DNA of 64,000 nt from the human T2T-CHM13v2.0 reference genome, Homo sapiens: the NCBI RefSeq assembly GCF_009914755.1, contig NC_060926.1; one strand, 5' to 3'. The notes under the pieces were generated by a model. That model saw only the letters and a list, made by a program, of their open reading frames with translations. It made no database searches and was not told the origin of the DNA. A program made the position numbers and the translations under genes. Every line of letters begins with the position of its first letter. Position 1 is the stretch's first letter. This document shows positions 14,103 to 29,400 of this stretch, piece by piece.

Positions 14103-14427
14103 GCCAGGCGTGGTGGCTCACATCTGTAATCCCAGCACTTTGGTAGGCTGAGGTGGGTGGATCATGATATCAGGAGTTCTAGACCAGGCTGACCAACATA
14201 ATGAAACCCTGTCTCTACTAAAAATTCAAAAATTAGCCAAGTGTGGTGGCGCATGCCTGTAATTCCAGCCACTCAGGAGGCTGAAGCAGGAGAGGAGGCT
14301 GAGGCAGGAGGAGAGTCACTTGAACCCAGGAGTAGGAGGTTGCAGTGAACCGAGATCATGCCACTGCACTTCAGCCTGGGTGACAGAGCAAGACTCCATC
14401 TCAAAAAAGGAAAAAAAAAAATAAAAG
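14103..14427 (+). mobile_element. Alu (AluS-like) with an internal ~17-bp tandem duplication
   Basis: GGAGGCTGAAGCAGGAGA GGAGGCTGAGGCAGGAG at ~14276-14311. Confidence 0.93.
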
Positions 14428-14870
14428 CTCTAGAAATGAAAATTATATAAAAAAGAAGTGTAAATGCAATAAACACAAAGAATTAGTCAATTGGGAGATA
14501 ATGATGAATTTATCCAGATAAAAGGATTTAAAAGTCAGAAAGACCAGTCAAGAAAGTCCCCAACACATGTATGATAGGAGTTTCAAAAGGAGTCCAAAGA
14601 GAATGGAGAAGTCATATTTAAGGACAGTATTCATCCACTCAGCAAACTCTCACTAAGGGCCCACTTTGATGACGTTTCCATTCTAATGGTAGAGAATACT
14701 TATACACAAGAAAACACTGGCAATGCCTTCACTATTTGTATACTTTACATGATGCCATAAAATTTCCATTGCAGAGGAAAGACTTGAGGACTCTAATTTA
14801 AAGTATAAAACAAGTGCTGAGCAGAAGAAATAAAAATGAATCCATATCCAGACACATTGAGGACTCTGAG
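14428..14870 (+). mobile_element. Old L1M ORF1-region fragment, the likely A-rich host of the Alu cluster
   Basis: degenerate LEMK, NTCMIGVSKG and SRHI resemble L1 ORF1p motifs NIRIIGVPEG and TPRHI. Confidence 0.5.
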
Positions 14871-15854
14871 TTTTAGTGTTTACAAAGCAGTTCTTTAAAA
14901 TTAACTTTCAGTAAGAGGATGTGTATATCACCTTCACTGTTTTCCTTTTTGTTTTGATCTATTCCTCTTGCTTATTCTAGTTTGAAATGATTTCTTCAAA
15001 AAAAGTCTTAAAAGTCTTATCCATTTATGAATCGATTTATATTTTTCATTTTCTAGATTATAATTTTTACTTTTCTGTTATTAATTTCCTTCCATTAGGT
15101 ATGTTTTTTGATCCTGTATTTACTTACTGACATGAATGATTAACTCATTTATCTTCTCTGGCTTAGTAAAAAAAAATTGAAAATCTTGAAATTATATATG
15201 TTTCTTATTATCTTTCTTAATTATATTGTGTGTAGAGAGGTTTGTTAACTTTTCCAAAAAGTAGATTATTTATTTATAGGTTAGTTGTTTCTTCTTATAG
15301 TAATTTTACTTGCAGGATAAATGTTAAAATTTGAAGCACAATAACTTTTTGTTGACCTTTAAAAAATATATTTTTATTTGAAAGGAACAGTGTTGGATAT
15401 TTTTACTAAAATAACATAATTATTTACACACTGTCTTATCTAATTACCCTGTTTTAGTTCCTATGAACCTTATTATAAACCAGCAATGTTTCTTCTGGCC
15501 TATGTATAAGCTTTTATTTTTATATTTAAATAAAGCTATTTAATGAAAGAAATACCATTGTGTATTTTTAAATTATAGACAGTAGATTTACTCAAATAAA
15601 AATTTCTTCTCTCTTCTAGTTGATAAACTTATTTCTGATTCTCATTTCTCTAGTTTATATATCTACAATCACAGCTCTTTCCTATACTAATGTAGTCATT
15701 TCTGCATACACTGAGGGTGTCTTATTTACAATATGACATGTAAAATATTTTAACAAGAGTTATTGTTTTGCAATTGTATAGTTTTTATTATTTTCATTTT
15801 TCTTGTTGAAGATGCTTAGTCTCTCTTTTTCTCTTTCATAATTTACTATACCTT

Positions 15855-15866
15855 CTTTCTTTCTTT

Positions 15867-15910
<44 letters not shown>

Positions 15911-16207
15911 TTTTTTTTTTTTTTTTTAGACAGAGTCTCCCTCTGTCGCCCAGGCTGGAGTGAAGTGGAGCGATCTCGGCTCACTGCAAGCTCTGCCTCC
16001 CGGGTTCACACCATTCTCCTGCCTCAGCTTCCTGAGTAGCTGGTACTACAGGCATCCGCCACCATGCCCCGCTAATTTTTTGCATCTTCAGTAGAGACGG
16101 GGTTTCACTGTGTTAGCTAGGATGGTCTCCATCTCCTGACCTCGTGATCTGCCCGCCTTGGCCTCCCAAAGTGCTGGGATCACAGGCATGAGCCACAGCG
16201 CCCAGCC
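15855..16207 (-). mobile_element. AluY-like element with a (TTTC)n-containing tail
   Basis: CTGCAAGCTC and TTCACACCATTCTCC motifs; (CTTT)n at 15855-15910. Confidence 0.95.
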
Positions 16208-16502
16208 TTTTTTTTTTTTTTTAGACAGTTTTTGCTCTGTTGCCCCAGGCTGCAGTCCAGCAGTGAGATCTAGCCTCACTTCAACCTCCGCCTCCAGGTT
16301 CAAGCGATTTTCCTGCCTCAGCCTCCCGAGTAGCTGGGATTACAGGCGCCCACCACCATGCACAGCTAATTTTTGCATTTTTAGTAGAGACGACGTTTCG
16401 CCATGTTGGCTAGGCTTGTTTCGAAATCCTGACCTCAGGTGATCCACCCAGCTAGGCCTCCCAAAGTACTGGAATTACAGGCATGAGCCACTGTGCCCGG
16501 CC
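16208..16502 (-). mobile_element. Alu (AluS-like) whose tail abuts the preceding AluY
   Basis: poly-T immediately after the AluY 5' end, then a complete reverse dimer. Confidence 0.95.
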
Positions 16503-16655
16503 CAGTCCTTGTATTTTTAAGGTTTCATTTGTGTATTTTCTTTAGGAAAATATTTCAATAATTTATCACTGCAATTAGCTGAAGTTATAAAATTACTTCT
16601 GGATTTGGGAAGATTATACCTGAGCATGGCAAAGGATTAGAAATAATAGCTAGCA

Positions 16656-16968
16656 GCTGGGTGCAGTGGCTCACGCCTGTAATCCCAGCACCTTGGGAGG
16701 CCGAGGCGGGCAGATCAGAAGGTCAAGAGACATAGACCATTTTGGCCAAGATGGTGAAACCCCATCTCTACTCAAAAAATAAAATTTAAAAAAAATTAGC
16801 TTGGCTTGGTGGTGTATGCCTGTAATCCTAGCTACTCAGGAGGCTGAGACAAGAGAATCGCTTGAACTTGGGAGGCATAGGTTGCAATGAGCCAAGGATG
16901 CGCCACTGCACTGCAGCCTGGAGACACAGCAAGACTCCGTCTCAAATAAATAAATAAATAAATAAATA
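16656..16968 (+). mobile_element. Alu (AluSc-like) with a (TAAA)n tail
   Basis: GGTCAAGAGACATAGACCAT motif; AAATAATA(G/A)CTA on both flanks. Confidence 0.93.
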
Positions 16969-17064
16969 ATAACTAACTTTTTCTATCTGCCAGGCACTGT
17001 GCTAAATACTTTGCATGAAGATGATAATTTTGAAACTAAACACAGAAGAGCAAGTGTAAAATAA

Positions 17065-17307
<243 letters not shown>

Positions 17308-17412
17308 TAGTAGTAGTTTTGCATCTATGGGATTGTTGTATAAAATAAATGGTTTAAATATGTAGGATATTTAAAAGTCATTCTTTCTGCATTTGAGATT
17401 TTGAGCCTTTAA

Positions 17413-19917
<2,505 letters not shown>

Positions 19918-21599
19918 AAAGAGGGCATTATAAAATGCCTCATGGAAAAAATATTATTTTAACAATTATTAAAGTAAAATAAAAATTTGTGACTCATAAA
20001 GACACTTCATTTTTATCCTCTTTTTTTTTACAAATGGGACTTGAATATTTTAAGATAAAATTTAAAAAATCAAGTAATTTTAATCAGAAATTTCAAAAAA
20101 ATAAAACCCTGAATCCAATTCAAATTTCACTTACTTGAAAATTCTCACTGATATAAATTTATTTATATAAATGTGATATAACCAATAAAGATATGCAATA
20201 GAGTCATTGTTAATTTGGGTAAAAAAATTTTAAAAACAATGCAAACTTGTATTACCTCCATATGTATGTATGTACACATGTACACATATATGAATATTTA
20301 TATATATATTTGCGTACACACACCATATATATACCTGTGTATAAATGAATGACAATGGAATATCAGTTGGCCTCTACTACAACATTTGAAGGCCCATTGC
20401 ACAATGGCCAGAACAGAGACGACATCGGAATGCAACTTAAAATTTCCAAGATGATGATGACTTGAATTGTATCTGAATTTCTAACAGGGCATAGAGAAAT
20501 TAAAATCTTGTTTGATTATGGTGTTTATTACTGGGAGAGCCTCACATGCAAAGCAGATCAGGATATTCTCTTACCAAATGTGTTAATTAACAGTCAGTTC
20601 ATAATGTAAGGGGGACTCAAATAGCAGATTCAATATCAAACAGGAAGGGCTTTTGTAGCCCGTTCTATTTTCGGTCAACCACAAACCACCCACCCCTGCT
20701 GAAATAAAAACTTAAAAGGCAGGTGGAGGAAAATATGTTCTAGACCAAGGGGTAGGTACTGGGTCTGCAAAAGACATAGTGTGCCACCCACAAACACACA
20801 AGTTCAAGGAGCTTGGCTCAATCCTTCAGAAAATTGGTTCTAACTTTCAAATCATTAGGGATCTTCTTTATAAAAGATATAGCAAACAAAAACACAAAAT
20901 ATACCCCTCTAAGATTATTAGGAAGTTAAAAAAAAGTGACTTGTAACTTTTAATAAATAACTAGGGAGGTAAGCTTGTTCATTTCTGAGATTCACAACTT
21001 TTATAAAGGTGCTGTATTAATACTTGAATTGCACTATGTTCAATAGAAACAATGAGACATAAGCCATACTGAGAGAAGAAAAAAATTTTACAACAAGAAA
21101 ATCTAATGCTGTTTAATTTCTTTAAATATTTATTAATTTCTGAATGCTATGTGATTGCTTTCATATTAATTTTTCAGTAGAGAAACTGAATACAATTGAA
21201 TACAATTTCTCAGTTGAGAAATTAAATACAATGGATATTAGTGTGATGACATACTTGGGATAATTTTAAAATCATTATTTTAATTAGATATAATACTTTT
21301 AGGTAGAATAATAAAAATAAAGGAAAACCGATTTTCTTTAAATTCCATCAATTATTTCTTTCTCACAATAATTAATATGTAATTTACCAATGATGTAGTA
21401 GATTAATACCAAATTCTCTTACTTTTGGTTTCATCAAAAAATGATGAGCATTTTTCTCTGATTGATGTTTAGATACTTTCAGATGGCTTGTAATCTTGTA
21501 CTTTCAACATTGAAGATTTTTTTCACATATTGATACCAATCATTTTATGATATATCTGATTTTATAATTATGTATTCATTGTTTTCAAATGAGAGTTAT

Positions 21600-22600
21600 G
21601 GTTGTATACAGTAAGAATTATAATAGAGGAAGTTATCTGGTGCTCCAGGAATTTAAATAAGAGAAGATATAAAGATCTCAGCCTTTGTATCAATATTTTA
21701 ATTGGATCCTGAAAAATGAATGAAGATAGACAGAAAACAAGTAAAAAATGGTCTAAGCAGACAGAACAGAAGGAGTAAAAGGAGAGTAATAGAAAAGTGT
21801 GTGTATCTTTGAAGGAACATAACCTGTTCTGGGTGTGGCTACAGCACAGGTTTGTGAAGGAAAATGTTAAATGATTGAGGAGAATGTCTCTCAATATCAG
21901 TGATTTTGTATTTTACCCTTCAATGATGGGACATAAGTAAACAATTTTTAAAAGCATAGTGGGTGTGTGTGTATATAAATATATAGCATATATATATAGT
22001 ATATAGCATGTCTATACTTATACTATATACATACATATAGTGTGTATGTATGTATGTATATATAGTATGTATATATGTATATATAGTATATATATATACT
22101 TATTTTCATTCTAGATAGAAGTTTTTGAGATGCAGTTAGAAGAAAAAGTCAGAAAGAATAGTCAAGATTATTCCAGCAGTACAGGCATGATGTGATGAAT
22201 GACTAAATTAAAACATTAGCAGCAACACAGAAGAGAAATGGCAGAATAGAAAGGTAATTCAAGGTAGAAACAGCTGAACTTAATAATTCATTTAGAAGGA
22301 AGAGTCAAGGTATATATACTCTAAATTTTCTTGGCCACTGGCTTGAGATTATCATCGTTAGATGAGATGGGCAATGCTTTAAAAGAAATAGATTTATTTG
22401 CCAAAATATAAAATGTGTTTATGGCTATGTCAAATTTGAGATGCAGGTGGTGAAGACAGAGGGGGAGAATCAGTTGACATTTTAAAATATAGGTTTGAAA
22501 CCTACAGGAAAATATTGGAGTAAAAAAAAATAAAGAAAATCAAACATCAAAGGAAATGCTGGAAGTGTGGGAATGGATAAAAGGAGCACAGGAAAAGTGT
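21600..22600 (-). mobile_element. Probable L2 fragments
   Basis: purine-rich degenerate motifs typical of antisense L2 (TTTGAGATGC..GTGG, AGGAAGAGTCAAGG); boundaries approximate. Confidence 0.4.
21961..22100. repeat. (TA/TG)n low-complexity repeat
   Basis: direct reading of the sequence. Confidence 0.85.
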
Positions 22601-22900
22601 GCAGAGCATTGTTATCCAAAGTGCTGTGGGAATTTTATACACATATGAATACAACTCGCAAAACACACAAATATTTTTGCTTCCCTGGATCATTTACTGG
22701 AGTCTTTTACATACACATTCTGAAGTATAAGGTATGCAGAATTTTCTAAGCGTATCATAGAATTCCATTCCAAGAATACATTTCAGGAAAACTATTGTCA
22801 ATCAGGGAAACATTGGTGCAGAATAGTAAGAAAAGAAATACCCATTAAGACTAGTACTTACACAGTGGACGTGAAAAAACTAGGCAGCAAGGAGTTATTA

Positions 22901-23275
<375 letters not shown>

Positions 23276-23462
23276 TTAAGGAAGTCAAGGTAGAAGGAAA
23301 TTTAAAGAAGGAAATGAGAAGCAATGCAGAATGTTTAGAAAGGTCAATTAGGAAGCTCCCATAAATATTCTCACTATGTATTATAGGGAATTCATTTATA
23401 ACTTCAAAAATACCACTCAAAAAAGATGGTAATTGTTGAAATGAGATTTCAATGGGTGAAAG

Positions 23463-23837
<375 letters not shown>

Positions 23838-24014
23838 TTATGATTGTGGCTATAACTTGCTACGAATGGAAACAGCAACACACCACTGGATTTCAACTTT
23901 TGAGTGCTTAAGAAGGTGGAGATGTTGATTAAAATAATAATAATAATAATGCTAAGTGTGTAATAGTTGCTAAGTGTGTGTTGTCTGAACCCAGGATATC
24001 AGGATGTCTGGAAC

Positions 24015-24180
24015 TGGTATTTAATCCCAGCTCTTCCACTTTCTGGTTATATGAGTGACTGTAGACAAATTACTTAATCTTTTAATGCTCCAGTTTCCCA
24101 TATGTAAAATGAGAATTATAATAGTAAACTACTTCATGGCTTGTGAGGATGAAGTGCATGTAGAGTACTTAGTGAGTTCT
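24015..24180 (+). mobile_element. MIR SINE
   Basis: AATCCCAGCTCTTCCACTT...ACAAATTACTTAA...CAGTTTCCCATATGTAAAATG...TGTGAGGAT. Confidence 0.8.
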
Positions 24181-24199
24181 CTTTGTGTATTATGTATTA

Positions 24200-24285
24200 G
24201 TTTCAAAATGCAGATTCTAGAGCCCTTAGATTCTCATTCAATAGGTATGAGGCAAGCACGGGCCAGGATTCTGCATTCTTTAAGG
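24200..24285. mobile_element. MER5-like hAT DNA transposon fragment
   Basis: AAAATGCAGATTC...AGATTC...AGGATTCTGCATT with inverted-repeat character. Confidence 0.55.
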
Positions 24286-24287
24286 AG

Positions 24288-24760
24288 GTGTAATTTCCTA
24301 CATCTGCTGTGACAAAGTGGTTCACATTAGGTGGCTTAAAATGAGATAAAGTTATTCTTTTACGGTTCAGGAAGCTAGAAATCTTAAATGAAGGAGTTAG
24401 CAGTGCTGCATTTTTCTCTGAAGGACCTGGGAAAAAATCCTTTCTTGCTTCTTCTAGCACCGGGTGATCACTGAGCTTCATTGTCATTGCTTGGCTGGAG
24501 GATACCTCACTTTATTCTCTACCTCCATCCTCACATGGCCATCTCCTCCCTGCGTCTCTGTTTCCTCTTCCCTTCTTATGAGGATATCAACCATACTGAA
24601 TTATGGCCCACTCTAATGCATTATGAGCTCATCTAGCATATCATAATTATACAGCATCTGCAAATAATTTGATTTCAAATTAAGTCATACCCTCACAGAC
24701 ATCAGGGGCTAGAACTCTAATATATATATTTTCTTTTTGAAGACACAATCTAACCCACAA
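24288..24760 (-). mobile_element. MLT1-type (MaLR) solo LTR
   Basis: CTGCTGTGACAAA...GGTGGCTTAAAA...CTCACATGGCC...TCTTATGAGGA...CATCTGCAAA...GACACAATCTAACCCACAA. Confidence 0.85.
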
Positions 24761-24904
24761 AAGGAGGGGAGCCGCTTAAGGTCATAAATAACTCAAGTAA
24801 CAAGACTGTGTGTTTAAAATAGCATTTAAATTTCTCCAAATGGCAGACAGCTTAATTCAAATCAATACCAATCAGGAGATAAACAAGTGTTTGTCTCCTA
24901 ATTG

Positions 24905-26295
24905 GCATTTACCTGAGATTAAAACATTATGGTAAAATACATTATCTTCAGTGATCTTTGGTTTAGGTGAGCATTCACAAGGCACACAGTTATTATCACT
25001 TGAGCCATCTCTCTCTAATAACTCTTTTCTAATCTGCTGGCCAACAATATCAGGTTCTTTCAAATCTCTGATTATCGGACCAAACCATAAGGTCCTCCAC
25101 GTGAATTGGTAGAAGTATTTTTTACAAAGGTAAATGAAATTTTATTTACTTGATGGATTTCTCTTCTCCTTTGTACAAAGGGGTGACCCTTTGACAGCAC
25201 AGGGAAAGAACATGATAGAAATAGACTTTCAGAAGGAAGGGCCTTCCATAACAAGGAATGCCATCTGTAATCCAGACTTTTTCCTCCTCAGGAATCCAGT
25301 CATAGGCAAATCTCTATGAATCACAGATAAATGGAAAGAAGGGTGGGAGTGTGTCAGGAGTAGGATGCTGAAAATGTGAGTAGCCTGTTCATTAATTGGT
25401 CCCTTGGAAACTGAGAAGGCAACGTGGCATACATGCAATTTCCATGGAATGATGGAAGACTGGTTGTAGTTAGTATGATACTATAATGCTCAGATCACAA
25501 CGGGGTCACCCTTATTCATGATTGAGCATTCCTTCTTATTAGTATCCCAATGTGAAATTGTTTCTCAAAAAAGGAGGGGGCGGGTAATTTTTGTACAAAA
25601 GGCTTTTACTCCAAAATAAAGTGGCTTCTACTGTATTTCTCCTCTGGAGCCTTGCCGCTGGCTCCATAGGAAAATTCTGCCTCTCATAGATACCTGAGGC
25701 ATTGGATTCCCTAAACAGAATTGTAGATCCACTTGTACTGCAGGCCTCTGTAGTCCAAAACGTTTCTCTTTCTCTGAGTCCCACTCACAGCTGACATCCT
25801 TCTTAACATTTGCATTTTATTTAGAATACACATCCAAATATGTTTTATGTTGCCTCTAACATTCAAAAGAGCCTCTAACAGTTTTCCTTTCCCTATCCCT
25901 TCCTTCCATTTGAAAGATGTTTGCTCCACATCACTTTCTACTGCATTCTTAGACTCCCTGAAGTTAGGAAACCCACATTTTTGTCATTTGCTCGATGTGT
26001 CTTTCCTGAAGTCTATGGTAGCTGCTATTTTTCTCTGGAGCATATCAACCGGATGCTGTCCATGTATTCCATAAGTTATGTCCATTTGGCTAGTGACATG
26101 GCCAGGGTTCCTGAGTACAAAATTATGACACAGACAAAAATAGTTATACTTCTACAGCTAAATAGTGAAGACACTCTGCCTGGAAAAAGTAAGAAATTTC
26201 AGCTATTTACCATTTATTTAAGATACAGAAAAATAATTTTCCTAAATGTATAGCAGGAAAAGGAGATAAGTGTATTCACTAAAGCAAGGAGACTA
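24905..26295 (-). mobile_element. Ancient ERVL pol remnant (RT, connection, RNase H), truncated at the satellite junction
   Basis: minus-strand translation gives AIHLGKLFF, LCHNFVLRN (26133-26107), YMDS (26066-26055, at the YxDD position), LFWSKSL, SIIPWK, AYDWIPEEEKVWITDG (25307-25261) and VNAH, in ERVL Pol order. Confidence 0.8.
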
Positions 26296-26298
26296 CAT

Positions 26299-26407
26299 CT
26301 GGATTTTAAATGTGTGCCCTCAGATAGGATTCCAGTACACAGTGGCTGGATTCTGAGTGTTTGTCCCTCACACAGGATTACAGAACACTGCTATGAGGTT
26401 CTGAATG
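26299..26407. repeat. CER (48-bp centromeric repeat) remnant, ~2.3 units
   Basis: units at 26299-26345 and 26346-26393 with TGTTTGTCCCTCACACAGGATTACAGAACACTGC matching the recalled CER consensus. Confidence 0.8.
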
Positions 26408-29400
26408 GAAAAGGAAATATCTTCACATAAAGACAAGAAAGAAGCATTCTGAGAAACTTCTTTGTGATGTGTGCATTCACCTCACAGAGTTGAACTTTTC
26501 TTTTGATTTAGCACTTTTGAAATACTCTTTTTGTAGTGTCTGCAAGTGGATATTTGGAGCGCTTTACAGCCTATGGTGGAAAAGTAAATATCTTCACATC
26601 AAAACCAGACAGAAGCATTCTGAGAAACTCCTCTGTGATCTGTGCATTAATCTCACAGAGTTGAATGTTCTCTTGATTGAGCAGTTTTGAAACACTCTTT
26701 TTGTAGAATCTGCAAGTGGATATTTTGAGTGCTTTGGGGCCTATGGTGGAAAAGGAAATATCTTCACATAAAAACTAGACAGAAGCATTCTGAGAAACTT
26801 CTTTGTGATGTGTGAATTCAACTCACAGAGTTGAAATATTCTTTTAATTGAGCAGTTTTGAAACACTCTTTTTGTAGTATCTGCAAAGTTGGAGGGCTTT
26901 GGGACCTCTAGAGGAAAGGGAAATATCTTCCCTTAAAAACTAGACAGAAGCATTCTGAGAAACTTCTTTGTGATGTGTGCATTCATCTCACAGAGCTGAA
27001 CATTTCTTTTGATTGAGCAGCTTTGAAACACTCTTTTTGTAGAATCTGCAAGTGGACATTCGGAGCGATTTGAGGCCTATGGAGGAAAAGGAAACATCTG
27101 CACATAAAAACTACACAAATGCCTTCTGAGAAACTTCTTTGTGATGTGTGCATTCATCTCACAGAACTGAACCTTTCTTTTGATTGAACAGTTTTGAAAC
27201 ACTTCTTTTGAAGGATCTGCATGTGGATATTTGGATCAGTTTGGGGCCTGTGGTAGAAAAGGAAATATCTTCAAATAAAAACTACACAGAAGCGTTCTGA
27301 GAAAGTTCTTTGTGATGTGTGCATTCAACTCACATAGTTGAAGATTTCTTTTGATTGAGCAGTTTTGAAACAATCTTTGTGTAGTATTTGCAAGTGGATA
27401 TTTGGAGCGTTTTGAGGCCTATTGTAGAAAAGGAAATATCTTCACATAAATACTAGACAGAAGCATTCTGAGAAACTTCTTTGTGATGTGTGCATTCATC
27501 TCACAGAGTTGAAACTTTGTTTTGATTGAGCAGTTTTGAAACACTCTTTTTGTAGAATCTGCGAGTGGATACTTGGAGTGCTTTGAGCTCAATGGTGGAA
27601 AAGGAAGTATCTTCAATTAAAAACTAGACAGAAACATTCTGAGAAACTTCTTCATGATGTGTGCATTCAACTCACAGAGTTTAAACTTTCTTTTGATTGA
27701 GGAGTTTGGAAAATCTCTTTTTGTAGAATCTGCAAGTGGATATTTGGAGCGCTTTGCGGCCTATAGTGGAAACGGAAATATCTTCACATAAAAACTAGAC
27801 AGAAGCCTTCTGAGAAACTCCTTTGTGATGTGTGCATTCATGTCTCAGAGATGAACCTTTCTTTTGATTGAGCAGTTTTGAAACACTCTTTTTGTAGAAT
27901 CTGCAAGTGGATATTTGGAGCGCTTTGCGGCCAATGGTGGTAAAAGGAAACATCTTCACATAAAAACTGGATGGAAGCATTCTGAGAAACTTCTTTGTGA
28001 TTTGTGCATTCAACACACAGAGTTGAAACTTTCTTTTGATTGAGCAGTTTGAAACACTCTTTTTGTAAAATCTGCAAGTGGATATTTGGAGCGCCTTAAG
28101 GTCTATGGTGGAGAAAGAAATATCTTCACATAAAAACTGGACAGAAGCATTCTGAGAAACTACTTTGTGATGTGTGCATTCATCTCACAGAATTGAAACT
28201 TTCTTTTGATTGAGCAGATTTGAAGCACACTTTTTGTGGAATGAGCAAGTGGATATTTGGAGGGCTTCAAGACCTATGGTGGAAACTGAAATATCTTCAC
28301 CTAAAAACAACACAGAAGCAGTCTGTGTAATTTCTTTCTGATGTGTGCATTCATCTCACAAAGTTGAACATTTCTTTGGATTCAGCAGTTTTGAAAAACA
28401 CTTTTTGTAGTATCTGCAAGTGGATATTTGGAGCGCTTTGGGGCCTATGGTGGAAAGGGAAATATCTTCACCTAAAAACTACACAGAAGCATTCTGAGAA
28501 ACTTCTTTGTGATGTGTGCATTCATCTCACAGAGTTGAACCTTTCTTTTGATTGAGAAGTTTTGAAACACTCTTTTTGTGGAATCTGCAAGTGGATATTT
28601 TTAACACTTGACAGCCTATGGTGGAAAAGGAAATATCTTCACATAAAAACTAGACAGAGGCATTTTGAGAAGCTCCTTTGTGATGTGTGCATTCATCTCA
28701 CAGTGCTTAACATTTCTTTTGATTTAGCTGCTTTCAAATATTCTTTTTGCAGAATCTGCAAGTGGATATTTGAAGCGCTTTGAGGCCTATGGTGGAAAAG
28801 GAAATACCTTCACATAAAAACTAGACAGAAGCATTCTGAGAAACTTCTTTGGGGTGTGTGCATTCATCTCACAGAGTTGAACCTTTCTTTTGATTGAGCA
28901 GTTTTGAAACACTCTTTATGTATAATCTGCCAGTGGTTATTTTGAGCGCTTTGAGTCTTCTGGTGGAAAAGGAAATATTTTCACGTAAAAAGTAGACAGA
29001 AGCATTCTGAGAAACTTCTGTGTGATATATGCATTCATCTCACAGAGTTGAACCTTACCTTTGATTGAGCAGTTTTTAAACACTCTTTTTGTAGAATCTG
29101 CAAAAGGATATTTGGAGTGCTCTGAGGCCAGTGGTGGAAAAAGAAATATCTTCACATAACAACTAGACAGACGCATTGTGAGAAACTTCTTTTTGATGTG
29201 TGCATTCATCTCACAGAGTTGAACTTTACTTTTGATTGAGCAGTTTTGAAACCCTCTTCTTGTAGAATCTGCAAGTGGACATTTGGAGCTCTTTGGGGCC
29301 TATGGTGGAAAAGGAAATATCTTCACATAAAAACTACACAGAAGCATTCTCTGAAACTTCTTTGTGATGTGTGCATTCATCTCACAGAGTTGAACCTTTC

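Noticed and set aside
24912-26108. Apparent large minus-strand exon (TACTCAG acceptor near 26108, CAG|GTAAAT donor near 24912)
   Set aside because: It has no continuous reading frame and the interval is explained by ERVL pol homology; the splice-like signals are probably chance.
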